In this document: piece after piece, positions 52,401-60,474 of the stretch | Layout of the letters: each line of letters starts with the position of its first letter | Position numbering within the stretch: the stretch's first letter is position 1 | Origin: an uncultured Gammaproteobacteria bacterium | Lineage (GTDB): Bacteria > Pseudomonadota > Gammaproteobacteria > DRLM01 | Length of the DNA stretch: 64,000 nucleotides | Reading direction: 5' to 3' | Assembly (NCBI GenBank): GCA_963761035.1 | Contig: CAVXFH010000002.1 | Span: 2,756,792 to 2,820,791, forward strand | Made by a program: the position numbers and the translations under genes | Notes under the pieces: generated by a model | What the model saw: only the letters and a program-made list of their open reading frames with translations | Told to the model about the DNA's origin: nothing | The model's database searches: none

Positions 52401-53705
52401 CTCTTTCCATTCCTAAACAAGAGTTGGAAAATTTTCGCATTCGAGCCAGATGACAAGAACCGTCACGAGTTGCTAGTACACCTTTCGAAACATGAAAACA
52501 AGGAATTGGTTACACTTGACGCACATTGCGTGAGCAATGAAACCAAGAAGGGAGTCTCATTCTATCGTTCCGAACAGAGTACGGGTATTAGCGGTCTATC
52601 GTCCTTTCACGAAAGCCATATCGAGGCACAGCGGGTGGATACCGTTTCACTAGCTGATTATTTCCAAGACAAGCCTATGCCTGCGGTCGATTTCCTCAAG
52701 ATCGATACCGAGGGGCATGACTTATTCGTGCTACAGGGTTACCCATGGGATCACGACAAACCGGCGGTGATTGAGTGCGAATTTGAGAACGCCAAATCTG
52801 TTCCTCTTGGTTATACCTACCATGACCTTGCACGATTTCTGGTGGGCAAGGGTTATACAGTTTATGTTAGCGAATGGCATCCCATTATCCGCTACGGTAT
52901 TCGTCATGATTGGAACCGACTGATGCATTACCCTTGCGAATTGTCCGACCAAAATGGTTGGGGAAATCTACTCGCATTCCGCGATCCCATTGATGAGAAA
53001 CATATCATTACAGCAGTTCGCAAGGTACTTAAGATTGATAGAAGCAACCCGGAACATATAATGGATGAACGAATTAATACCGCATCTCAGCTTGATAAGA
53101 CAATGAGTAAAAATCAAGAAATATCTGTGAGAAATTATAAAAGATTAAAATATTTGTATAATTGTTTTGCTGTATGGGCTAGAGATAATCACCCTTTGGT
53201 GTTTCGTGCTGGGCAATTTATTACGAGATTGCTACGGTTCATTAAACGAAATGCCATTCTTATATCAACATTGCTTGTTATTGCATTCGCGTTAATAATA
53301 TTTCCTATGTTTATACAATTAGAGCCTAATGAGCTAATCTTTTGGTATTTTTCAGGTCTGTTTATTATTATGATGGTATTTGCCGTCTTAGGAGCGAGAA
53401 CGCTCGTAACGTTAAGGTTACGAAGCAGTCAGCTCTCCAGCAAGCAAGACCAGTTCTCCAACAAGCAGGACCAGCTCTCCAGCAAGCAGGACCAACTCTC
53501 CAGCAAGCAGGACCAGCTCTCCAGCAAACGGACCAGCTCTCCACAAACAGGACCAACTCTCCAGCAAACAGGACCAGCTCTCCAGCAAGCAGGACCAGCT
53601 CTCCAGCAAGCAGGACCAGCTCTCCAGCAAGCAGGACCAGCTCTCCAGCAAGCAGGACCAGCTCTCCAGCAAACAAGATCAGATATCATCCAATTTTGCT
53701 TTTAA
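49422..53705 (+). CDS. Multidomain glycan enzyme: GT2 + GT2 + DUF115/MptE-like (sialyltransferase-like) + FkbM methyltransferase + 2 TM + heptad repeat; apparently frameshifted inside the repeat and continuing into 53737-54432
   Basis: LSIAIPAYNR...WIFGDDD; ISVISPSFNQ...WLNSDD...CMDYEYW; VIVGNGPSL...MIGFDH; IDVGAHYG...LKIDTEGHD; two hydrophobic helices near 53250-53390; QLSSKQD repeats. Confidence 0.9.
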   Translation: MKPSPILSIAIPAYNRPFELKYCLDRFVAQIIGKYENEIEIIISDDSSPNDSLKDIRKIAERYSFIRYRKYADNIGLEKNLIKCADECIGEYLWIFGDDDFLEQDDGLDYVMSLLREGKYEFYVLNRVRRNSNLSKLISNNWMRLDAAKTYAFSGLREFCVRHGFISIIGFISVNIFRRCPFQEIDASKYFGTMYPQLGAMVEAFYDKKTLLVGRPLVCHRTQTIDEKKAALGNKRAESDFMADVKLRNAIYFSHPYIKMLSELISRGAFLPEDIIRIPENTVINGLLIDFLIQTVALSQELHVGVDSEAWRNTRKFFDALPLDSARRKQIEVLFAKQFDVPRTYSVAEISTHRVDGHELTISVISPSFNQAEFLAECLSSVRDQTYKPLEHLVFDPGSHDRSRNIAASYPHVTLITEPDSGQSDAINKGLLRARGDIIAWLNSDDCFAHSKVFELIVQRFLQADAPDIVYGRGIYINETGEKLRDVYINKDPASLSWRFQQEDGILQPALFMRRSVIERVGLLRNDLHYCMDYEYWIRCVKAGIKFVYLDKVLANARYHISNKTYGMRGKSYSEVCDMMREHFGYVNHTWIKRYAEFLVEGYDGVLMHAGNAIVRDVDNFDIAYRKLLLAYNGSHDTYHLLEHGASKKGLGDTLREMTTLGIKPLVPCKEIPTEQVQAPGCIPYTVGTRRWAYDAKWKAVQIARTHEFFRDRIAHRCRDTCVIVGNGPSLNKTNLSLLKDQDVIVSNNAFLSPELLMYATYYTVVNYLVAEQSSQHINRLEGVHKVLPYWLAYCLNPDQDTYFVDAVGRAEFSKDIFNNMSWRHTVTFFNLHLAYGLGYRRVVMIGFDHGYKQPNSIVEQDVIQSYEDDENHFHPGYFRGKKWQAADVGKMEEMYLLAKIGFEEDGRTIINATAGGKLELFPRMPLEQALKLGQVRKNIPLLHSTPAIAIPKIGPFLRSVHAHWDESNGIAELFSEKLSGTMIDVGAHYGSALFPFLNKSWKIFAFEPDDKNRHELLVHLSKHENKELVTLDAHCVSNETKKGVSFYRSEQSTGISGLSSFHESHIEAQRVDTVSLADYFQDKPMPAVDFLKIDTEGHDLFVLQGYPWDHDKPAVIECEFENAKSVPLGYTYHDLARFLVGKGYTVYVSEWHPIIRYGIRHDWNRLMHYPCELSDQNGWGNLLAFRDPIDEKHIITAVRKVLKIDRSNPEHIMDERINTASQLDKTMSKNQEISVRNYKRLKYLYNCFAVWARDNHPLVFRAGQFITRLLRFIKRNAILISTLLVIAFALIIFPMFIQLEPNELIFWYFSGLFIIMMVFAVLGARTLVTLRLRSSQLSSKQDQFSNKQDQLSSKQDQLSSKQDQLSSKRTSSPQTGPTLQQTGPALQQAGPALQQAGPALQQAGPALQQAGPALQQTRSDIIQFCF
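53430..53679 (+). repeat. Coding tandem repeat, 12 units of consensus CAGCTCTCCAGCAAGCAGGAC (21 bp)
   Basis: Units counted directly; units 5 (53514-53533) and 6 (53534-53553) are 20 nt, the other ten are 21 nt; a degenerate 13th unit follows (53680-53700). Confidence 0.95.
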
Positions 53706-53736
53706 TTCTTCCGATTTTCAATCTTTCAATCGGCGC

Positions 53737-54432
53737 TTGAGGAAGGAACATGTTGATCTTTTTCTGAATGAGTGGGCGGATAAATTAGGCCTCAAATTAA
53801 CACCAAGATCTCTTGCATATTTAGCTCATCGTATTTGTACATTGGAACAGATATGCAAGGGGCGTATTGCCACGAGCATTGAAAATATGGTTTTGCGAGT
53901 ATTAGTTTCTTCCGCAGTAAGAAAGAATAAATTACGGGTTCTGGAGATAGGAACCTTATTCGGAATTGGATTAGCCGCAATATATGAATATTGCAGCCCA
54001 CGTTTTGAAGAGGTACGGCTCGCCGCAATTGATCCACTCGATGGATATTATGGAAAAGGTGCTCGAGATATTATTACAGATGAACCGATTAGCGAAATGA
54101 CATTCAAAACGAATTTTAAGATGGCAGGCATACCGGAAGATGAATATTCTCTTATTACAGCTATGAGCTCTGAGTCCTGTGCGATTGAAGCGGCAAATTT
54201 GAATCAATGTGATGTTTTAATTATTGATGGAGATCACACATATGAAGGAGTGAAGACAGATTTCGAGTATTACTGGAAAGCTGTTAACTTTGGAGGATAC
54301 ATAATTTTTGACGACTATGATTCATCTGAATGGCCAGATATAAAGAAATATGTAGATGAAGCAGTTATCGGCAAGGATGGATTGATTCTTGTGGGCGCTA
54401 GTTTCCGTTCCGCGGTTTTCAAAGTTGTTTGA
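53737..54432 (+). CDS. Class I SAM-dependent methyltransferase (Methyltransf_24-like); probably the C-terminal domain of the 49422 gene
   Basis: LEIGTLFG, IDP, IDGDHTYEGVKTDF, GGYIIFDDY; TTG start with no clear RBS, and its frame is open upstream through repeat units 7-12. Confidence 0.85.
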   Translation: MRKEHVDLFLNEWADKLGLKLTPRSLAYLAHRICTLEQICKGRIATSIENMVLRVLVSSAVRKNKLRVLEIGTLFGIGLAAIYEYCSPRFEEVRLAAIDPLDGYYGKGARDIITDEPISEMTFKTNFKMAGIPEDEYSLITAMSSESCAIEAANLNQCDVLIIDGDHTYEGVKTDFEYYWKAVNFGGYIIFDDYDSSEWPDIKKYVDEAVIGKDGLILVGASFRSAVFKVV

Positions 54433-54619
54433 CATAAACTCTATAAATATTTTCCATAATTAAGCCATATCTAAAAATTCGATCCTGTCGGATGGTTAAG
54501 AGCAAGATAGCTAGAATGCGGAACTTACACGGTGTAAATGGGAACATTGATCATGCTGCAGCCCGTAGGTATAGTTTCATTGGATATTCTATAGTGTCTA
54601 TTGGCCGAGTCTGGAAAAA

Positions 54620-55378
54620 ATGAATACAAGTAATAGAAGATCTGCGTTGATAACAGGGTGTAACGGTGGTATTGGTAAGGTGCTATGCCAGGAATTCAGA
54701 TCCGCAGGCTACTCGGTAATTGGCTCAGATATACAAGCGAAAGAGGAGACAAACTGCGATCTTTATCTTCGCTGTGATTTGATGGAGCTTGTGTCTAATA
54801 CTAAAACACGGAAATGGTTCCAGGATGCTGTAAGCAGTTTTGCTGGCAAACAGGCCGCCCCTTTACAAGCAGTCATTAACAATGCAGCCTATCAGGTTGT
54901 CAAGCCTATACGAGATTTGTCAATTACCGAATTCCAATCATCCCAGCAAATCAATCTAGTTGCTCCGTTTGTGCTGACGCAGCTTTTCGAGTCTTCTCTT
55001 AGGGAAGCGGAAGGCAGCATTGTAAATATCGGTAGTATCCATGCCCGGTTGACTAAGCCCGGGTTTTGTTCATACTCCACCTCTAAAGCAGCCCTTTCAG
55101 GGTTAACCAGAGCATTGGCGCTAGAATTTTCCGGGGAAATTACAGTTAATACCATCCTGCCGGCCGCAACTAGAACGGAGATGTTACTCGCAGGGTTTAG
55201 CGAGCATCAGGAAAAATATGCGGAACTGGAATCCTATCACCCGGTAGGCCGAATTGCTGAGCCGAGAGAAATTGCGCGCCTGGCACTGTTTCTCTGTTCA
55301 GAAAGTGCGCGTTTTATCAACGGCTCGGAGATTCCTATCGATGGGGGAATAGGAGGACGTTTGCATGATCCGGCTTGA
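54620..55378 (+). CDS. SDR family oxidoreductase
   Basis: TGCNGGIG, NNAA, NIGS, YSTSK, IPIDGG. Confidence 0.92.
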   Translation: MNTSNRRSALITGCNGGIGKVLCQEFRSAGYSVIGSDIQAKEETNCDLYLRCDLMELVSNTKTRKWFQDAVSSFAGKQAAPLQAVINNAAYQVVKPIRDLSITEFQSSQQINLVAPFVLTQLFESSLREAEGSIVNIGSIHARLTKPGFCSYSTSKAALSGLTRALALEFSGEITVNTILPAATRTEMLLAGFSEHQEKYAELESYHPVGRIAEPREIARLALFLCSESARFINGSEIPIDGGIGGRLHDPA

Positions 55379-56177
55379 TGGAGCGTTACGGCCTGGTGGT
55401 CGGCTGGATCGTTTCAATATTTACAGGATTGGTGCTCGCCTTATATTGGACAGACTCGTTTGGGATATTTCTTTTCAAGCTAGAAAGCAGCGTAAGAAGC
55501 TGATGGCGCTGCGGAACGCTCATATAGGTGAAAAGTCCATTATTCTGTGCAACGGCCCGAGTTTGGTTGATGTCGACTTTTCTAGTATTGGCGATATCTT
55601 TACCTTTGGGCTGAACAAGATCAATCTTCTTTTCGATGAAATAAAGTTCAGACCCTCCGCCATTGTTGCTGTTAATCCATTTATAATCGAACAAAACGCG
55701 AAATTCTTTTCAGAAACTGACCTTCCTCTATTCCTGGATCAAGAAGCTAACCATTTCGTTATTCCTCCTCGCGACAATATCATATTGCTGCATTCTTGCA
55801 ATATTCCATACTTTGCGCGCGACTGCTCCCTAAGTATCTTTCAAGGCTATACTGTCACCTATGTGGCCCTCCAGATTGCATATCACATGGGTTTTAGCAA
55901 GGTTGCACTTGTTGGTTGTGATCATGACTACTACTCAGTTGGTACGCCAAACGTCATAGGCTATAATGAAACCAAAGATATAGGCCATTTTTGTGATGAT
56001 TATTTCTCTCCGAAGCAACCTTGGCAATATCCGGATTTGAAGGCAAGCGAATATTATTACGACTTGGCCAGGCGTAGTTATGAATTCGATGGACGAATGA
56101 TTGTCAATGCTAGTACTAAGACCAAACTTGATGTATTCCCTATGATGCATTTAGATGACTTTATACATGATGAATAA
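55365..56177 (+). CDS. DUF115/MptE-like (Maf / sialyltransferase-like) protein
   Basis: ILCNGPSL, FGLNKI, TVTYVALQIAYHMGFSKVALVGCDH; paralogous to domain 3 of the 49422 protein. Confidence 0.8.
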   Translation: MIRLDGALRPGGRLDRFNIYRIGARLILDRLVWDISFQARKQRKKLMALRNAHIGEKSIILCNGPSLVDVDFSSIGDIFTFGLNKINLLFDEIKFRPSAIVAVNPFIIEQNAKFFSETDLPLFLDQEANHFVIPPRDNIILLHSCNIPYFARDCSLSIFQGYTVTYVALQIAYHMGFSKVALVGCDHDYYSVGTPNVIGYNETKDIGHFCDDYFSPKQPWQYPDLKASEYYYDLARRSYEFDGRMIVNASTKTKLDVFPMMHLDDFIHDE

Positions 56178-56364
56178 GCCCATCGCTTCATGAAAGTCAA
56201 TAAATCAACAGATAAAATATTCTGCTACTCAAAAGCATTGACGGTTGTGAGATGATATTTATTGTATCGACATAGAGAGACGGTTGTGTGTTTCAGTTGT
56301 ACGTGGCACACATTTTAACTTTGTTCTCTCTCAGTAATTATCAGTAAGGGCAGGAAACAATTTC

Positions 56365-57252
56365 TTGGCTGTCTCTCCGAAATTATCAGTGGTTGTTGCT
56401 GTGTTAAATGGCGCGGAGCATATTGAAAGATGTATTGTGAGTTTTGCCAAACAGACCTTTGTTGCCAAGGAATTGATAATCATTGATGGTGGCTCGACAG
56501 ATGGAACGATTGAGATTCTAAAGAAGTATGAAGCTAATATATCGTTTTGGGAATCACAACAGGACTCTGGGATTTCATCTGCATGGAACAAGGGGTTATC
56601 ACATGCAACTGGAGAATGGATTTGTTTCTTAGGTGCAGACGATCATATCTATGATAACAACGTATTTGAGAGAATGAGTCCGCATCTTGTGAATGCATGT
56701 CCACATTATAGTATTGTCTATGGAAAAGTATCGTTGGTTAACAAGAAGGGTTTGTTATTAGGCATCTTTGGCGAGCCGTGGGAGCGGATGAGGGGCTCAT
56801 TTGTCGGAGGTAAGGATTTATATATTCATCAAGCGATGTTTCACCATCGCAGTCTGTTTGATAGATATGGTGAGTTTGATGAATCTTTTCAGATTGCTAG
56901 CGATTATGAATTCTTGCTGCGAGAACTGATAAATAATGATCCGCTATACGTTCCGCAGACTGTGACTGTGATGCAGTATGGCGGCCGAAGCTCCAGCCCC
57001 ATGGAAAGATCAAGGTGTATAAATGAGATAATAAGGGCCAGGCGTATGCACGGTCTTACAGATGGCGAGTCGGCCTTATTCTTGGCGCGACTACGCGCTG
57101 GAGTGCATGCGATGTTATACAGGTTAGCCGGTCGTCGTATAAGTTCATTCGTGGCCGATGGTTACAGATTGCTGGTAGGCAAGGACAAGCTCTGGACTCG
57201 TGATACTTCCAGAAGCGTAGATATCAGTGAAGGTCAACGGAAAGACCAATGA
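56365..57252 (+). CDS. GT2 glycosyltransferase
   Basis: SVVVAVLNG, IIDGGSTDGT, DSGISSAWNKG, FLGADD, HQA, DYEF. Confidence 0.92.
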   Translation: MAVSPKLSVVVAVLNGAEHIERCIVSFAKQTFVAKELIIIDGGSTDGTIEILKKYEANISFWESQQDSGISSAWNKGLSHATGEWICFLGADDHIYDNNVFERMSPHLVNACPHYSIVYGKVSLVNKKGLLLGIFGEPWERMRGSFVGGKDLYIHQAMFHHRSLFDRYGEFDESFQIASDYEFLLRELINNDPLYVPQTVTVMQYGGRSSSPMERSRCINEIIRARRMHGLTDGESALFLARLRAGVHAMLYRLAGRRISSFVADGYRLLVGKDKLWTRDTSRSVDISEGQRKDQ

Positions 57253-58244
57253 GAGTAGCAATGGTTACCGGCTCTTATCCGCCGGATATATGTGGTGCCG
57301 GGGATTATACGGCTCGACTTGTTGAAGCTTTGAGTGCTCGTGATGTAGCGGTGGAGGTGGTGACCGGATGCGACTGGGGTGCGGCTGACTTAATTACTTT
57401 GTTGCGGCGTATTAATGCGGGTCGGTTTGATGTGGTTCATATTCAGTATCCAACAGTGGGTTACGGTCGCAAGCTTGGTCCCCATTTGGCTGCTTTAATT
57501 CAGCGCAGTGTGGTAACGCTTCACGAGGCCAGTCAAAGTCATTTTTTCAGAAGACTATCGCTCTATTTTTTTCTGCTGGCGCGGCATATCATTTTTACCA
57601 ATTCCCATGATCTGGATTATGTCTCGAGACTTGCGCCATGGGTGCGCAGGCGTTCAAGCGTCATACCTATAGGTAGCAACGTACGTGTAGCTGCATCTGA
57701 CCGAAATCTTCGCGACATAGTGTATTTTGGCCTGATTCGACCGAAGAAGGGTTTGGAAGATGTCCTTGCATTGGCTGCCTTGATTAAAGAGCGACGCGGG
57801 GACCTAAAGGTCCGGATTATCGGGGCACCAATGCCAGAGCATGCTGAATATTATAAGCAATTACGGGCCAGCGCCAACTCACTTCCGGTCATCTGGGAGG
57901 AAGGTCTGACACCCATGGAAATCGCGGTCTTGCTGAGCCGCGCCAGGATTGGCTACCTTCCTTTTCCGGACGGAGCCTCAGAGCGCCGCGGTTCATTGAT
58001 AGCGCTCCTCGCGAATGGTGTGGCGACAATAACAACAAGGGGTGCTCACACACCCAGCGGGATGTCGGGCATCGTAGAGTTCGCGCCATCTCCGCAAGAT
58101 GCACTATGTTGCATCGAGCGTCTTAATGCAGATGAAGGTTACCGTTTACGGCTCGAAAGGTCTGCGTCGAATTATGCTCAAGGCTTCGACTGGGGGGGCA
58201 TTGCCGACGAGCATATAAAAATATATCAAAAAATTACGCAGTGA
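57249..58244 (+). CDS. GT4-like (GT-B) glycosyltransferase
   Basis: YPPDICGAGDY, HIQYP, TLHE, YFGLIRPKKGLE, GASERRGS. Confidence 0.87.
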   Translation: MRVAMVTGSYPPDICGAGDYTARLVEALSARDVAVEVVTGCDWGAADLITLLRRINAGRFDVVHIQYPTVGYGRKLGPHLAALIQRSVVTLHEASQSHFFRRLSLYFFLLARHIIFTNSHDLDYVSRLAPWVRRRSSVIPIGSNVRVAASDRNLRDIVYFGLIRPKKGLEDVLALAALIKERRGDLKVRIIGAPMPEHAEYYKQLRASANSLPVIWEEGLTPMEIAVLLSRARIGYLPFPDGASERRGSLIALLANGVATITTRGAHTPSGMSGIVEFAPSPQDALCCIERLNADEGYRLRLERSASNYAQGFDWGGIADEHIKIYQKITQ

Positions 58245-58331
58245 ATGCAATGTGTCCGATAATAAATGCTCAGTATTCAAGCGCCAATAATAACACAGAC
58301 ACATCCGTGCTAAGTCCATAAAATATTGTTT

Positions 58332-59420
58332 TCATGGTGTAGCCTGTTCGTGCCTTGAAGATTTATGAATATTTTTCCGATGGACAAGAAGCCGTTCCTG
58401 CTGCTTGCTTTGAACATGTGCGCGTCGCTCTAAACCTATATAAGCGATAACTGGTACGGGGTTTCTTCTTTCGGAAATAATCGATGGGCGAGGTAAGGAT
58501 TCTCCAATAAGGTGTTTCCGAAATGGCCGTCTTACTAATTCTCTTGCGGCGAGCATGAAGAATCGCAACCAGGCCGCTCCGGTTACGATAGCCATTAATG
58601 GAACGGGGTACTGATGCTTAAAGAATTTGCGGTAAAACCTGACCATTCCGCGGTGCATGTGATAGAGAACTCGTATAGGACGATCTTTGCTGCAGGCGCC
58701 TTTATAGTGAATAATGTCAATATCCGGCACGAACAAAACCTTCCAATTGTTCTGGCGAAATCGCATGCACCAGTCGATGTCTTCGCAATGCATAAAGTAC
58801 TCGTCATCCAACAGTCCTACTTGCTCTACAGCTTTGCGGCGCACCAGCATGAAGGCTCCCGAGATGGCCTCAACCGGCTCGGGTTTCGAAGGAAGCGGTT
58901 CCTGATGAAGAAGAAAGGTGCGAAAGCGAGGGTTTTTTGGAAATATTTTATTTAGGTGAAGTACTCGAACAAGGCTGCGCCATGGCGTGGGGACGGCGCG
59001 CCGGCAGCCGGCTTGTTCACTGCCATTAGGGTTATGAATCAGGCAGCCGGCCATGCCGGCGTCGGGGCTGTTATCCATGACATCCAGCATTCGAGAGAGG
59101 GTGTCCGGTTGGATAATGCAGTCGGGGTTTAAGAGTAGTATGTAATGGCCTTCGGCTTGCTTAAGCGCGATGTTGTTCGCCCGGCTAAAACCAAGGTTGG
59201 AGCCATTGGAAATAATGTGGACCCGACGATCCTTACCGAATGCCTTATAGATCGCATTGAGGCTGCCGTCAGTGGAGCCATTGTCGGAGATTAACAACTC
59301 AACCGGTATCGTAGAGGCAAGGGCTGCAGCCGCCGCTTCGAGTAGTAGCGGGCCACCATTGAAATTGACAATGATAATGGAGACCGGCTTGGCCGATTTT
59401 TCCCTGCTAATATGAATCAC
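58332..59420 (-). CDS. GT2 glycosyltransferase (WbbL/rhamnosyltransferase-like)
   Basis: SIIIVNFN, DNGSTDGS, NLGFSRANN, LLNPD, ISGAFML, YFMHCEDIDWC. Confidence 0.9.
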   Translation of the reverse strand: MIHISREKSAKPVSIIIVNFNGGPLLLEAAAAALASTIPVELLISDNGSTDGSLNAIYKAFGKDRRVHIISNGSNLGFSRANNIALKQAEGHYILLLNPDCIIQPDTLSRMLDVMDNSPDAGMAGCLIHNPNGSEQAGCRRAVPTPWRSLVRVLHLNKIFPKNPRFRTFLLHQEPLPSKPEPVEAISGAFMLVRRKAVEQVGLLDDEYFMHCEDIDWCMRFRQNNWKVLFVPDIDIIHYKGACSKDRPIRVLYHMHRGMVRFYRKFFKHQYPVPLMAIVTGAAWLRFFMLAARELVRRPFRKHLIGESLPRPSIISERRNPVPVIAYIGLERRAHVQSKQQERLLVHRKNIHKSSRHEQATP

Positions 59421-59789
59421 TTTAACTTCCTTATGCAGGTACTACTCTCTGATTTGTCGTAAAATTTTACAGGTAATATGAAGCCGTGGCAACCTATTCG
59501 TCCCCACGCTTCGGTAAAACTAATCTGGATGATCAACCGCTGACTAAATGCATTATGCAGGGTTTCTATATGAGGTGGGGTAATGTTTAAGAATTTACCC
59601 TTGGTATGGTTTCTCTGAGAGAAATTTATATTTATATCAATATATTATAGCCTGATTTTGCTATTATGGTTCTGTTGGTAAGGGGCAGGTTATCTGATTA
59701 GCAGAGGGGTTACGACGTGAGTTTATATAGAGGTGGATACCGATCCATTGTTGCTTACTTGCACAACCCGCGATATTCAGGAAAGATTC

Positions 59790-60458
59790 ATGCAAAAAAA
59801 TGAGGTTGTGGTTTTACCGGTTACACCGAACTATATAAACGATCTATGGGCCCTGCTAGGTGCTTTGGCCAAGGATAAATCAGTACTAAATGTGGGAGCC
59901 GCCGGGAATGTGGAATATTACCTGGATGGGCGTCGTGAATTATGGATGCATGACCAGCTGAAGACTCTCGCGAGTGGTGTGGTAGGGCTGGATATCGATG
60001 AGGAAAGCGTGAGATATGCCAATGCTCATGGCGAAAACATCACATTGGGGAACTGCGAATCTATCCAGTTAGGGCAAAAGTTCGATTTGGTCGTGCTGAG
60101 TGAAGTCATTGAGCATGTAAACGCCCCGGTCATGGCTATAGATAATCTCGCGCGCCATCTGAAACCCGGGGGTAAAATATTTATCACGACACCAAACCCA
60201 ACCCACTACGGAACGGTACTGCGCGCGCTGCTTTTCCGTTCACAGAGTATCTATTACGATCATGTTGCTGCGTTCTTTCCGGAGAACTTGGTGGTTGTCT
60301 GCCGGCGCCTCGGCCTGAGAGTCTCGGGAATTCATTACTATAATGTAGTGGACAGGCGGACAGCGAACATGAGATTCCGCTCCTTTCTGGCGCGTCAAGT
60401 CGGTCGTGTATTCCACCGCTTCAGCAGTAACTTTATATTCATCATCGACGCGCCCTGA
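59790..60458 (+). CDS. Class I SAM-dependent methyltransferase
   Basis: VLNVGAAG, GLDID, FDLVVLSEVIEH, LKPGG, TTPN. Confidence 0.9.
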   Translation: MQKNEVVVLPVTPNYINDLWALLGALAKDKSVLNVGAAGNVEYYLDGRRELWMHDQLKTLASGVVGLDIDEESVRYANAHGENITLGNCESIQLGQKFDLVVLSEVIEHVNAPVMAIDNLARHLKPGGKIFITTPNPTHYGTVLRALLFRSQSIYYDHVAAFFPENLVVVCRRLGLRVSGIHYYNVVDRRTANMRFRSFLARQVGRVFHRFSSNFIFIIDAP

Positions 60459-60474
60459 GCCCGGTTGACTAACT

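Noticed and set aside
53430-53679. CRISPR array
   Set aside because: Repeats are directly abutting with no unique spacers, are a multiple of 3, lie in a coding frame, and no cas genes are present.
53342-53740. Small repetitive ORFs (LLAGELV, LLESWSC, WRAGPAC, SSPASRT)
   Set aside because: Alternative-frame readings of the stop-free 21-bp repeat.
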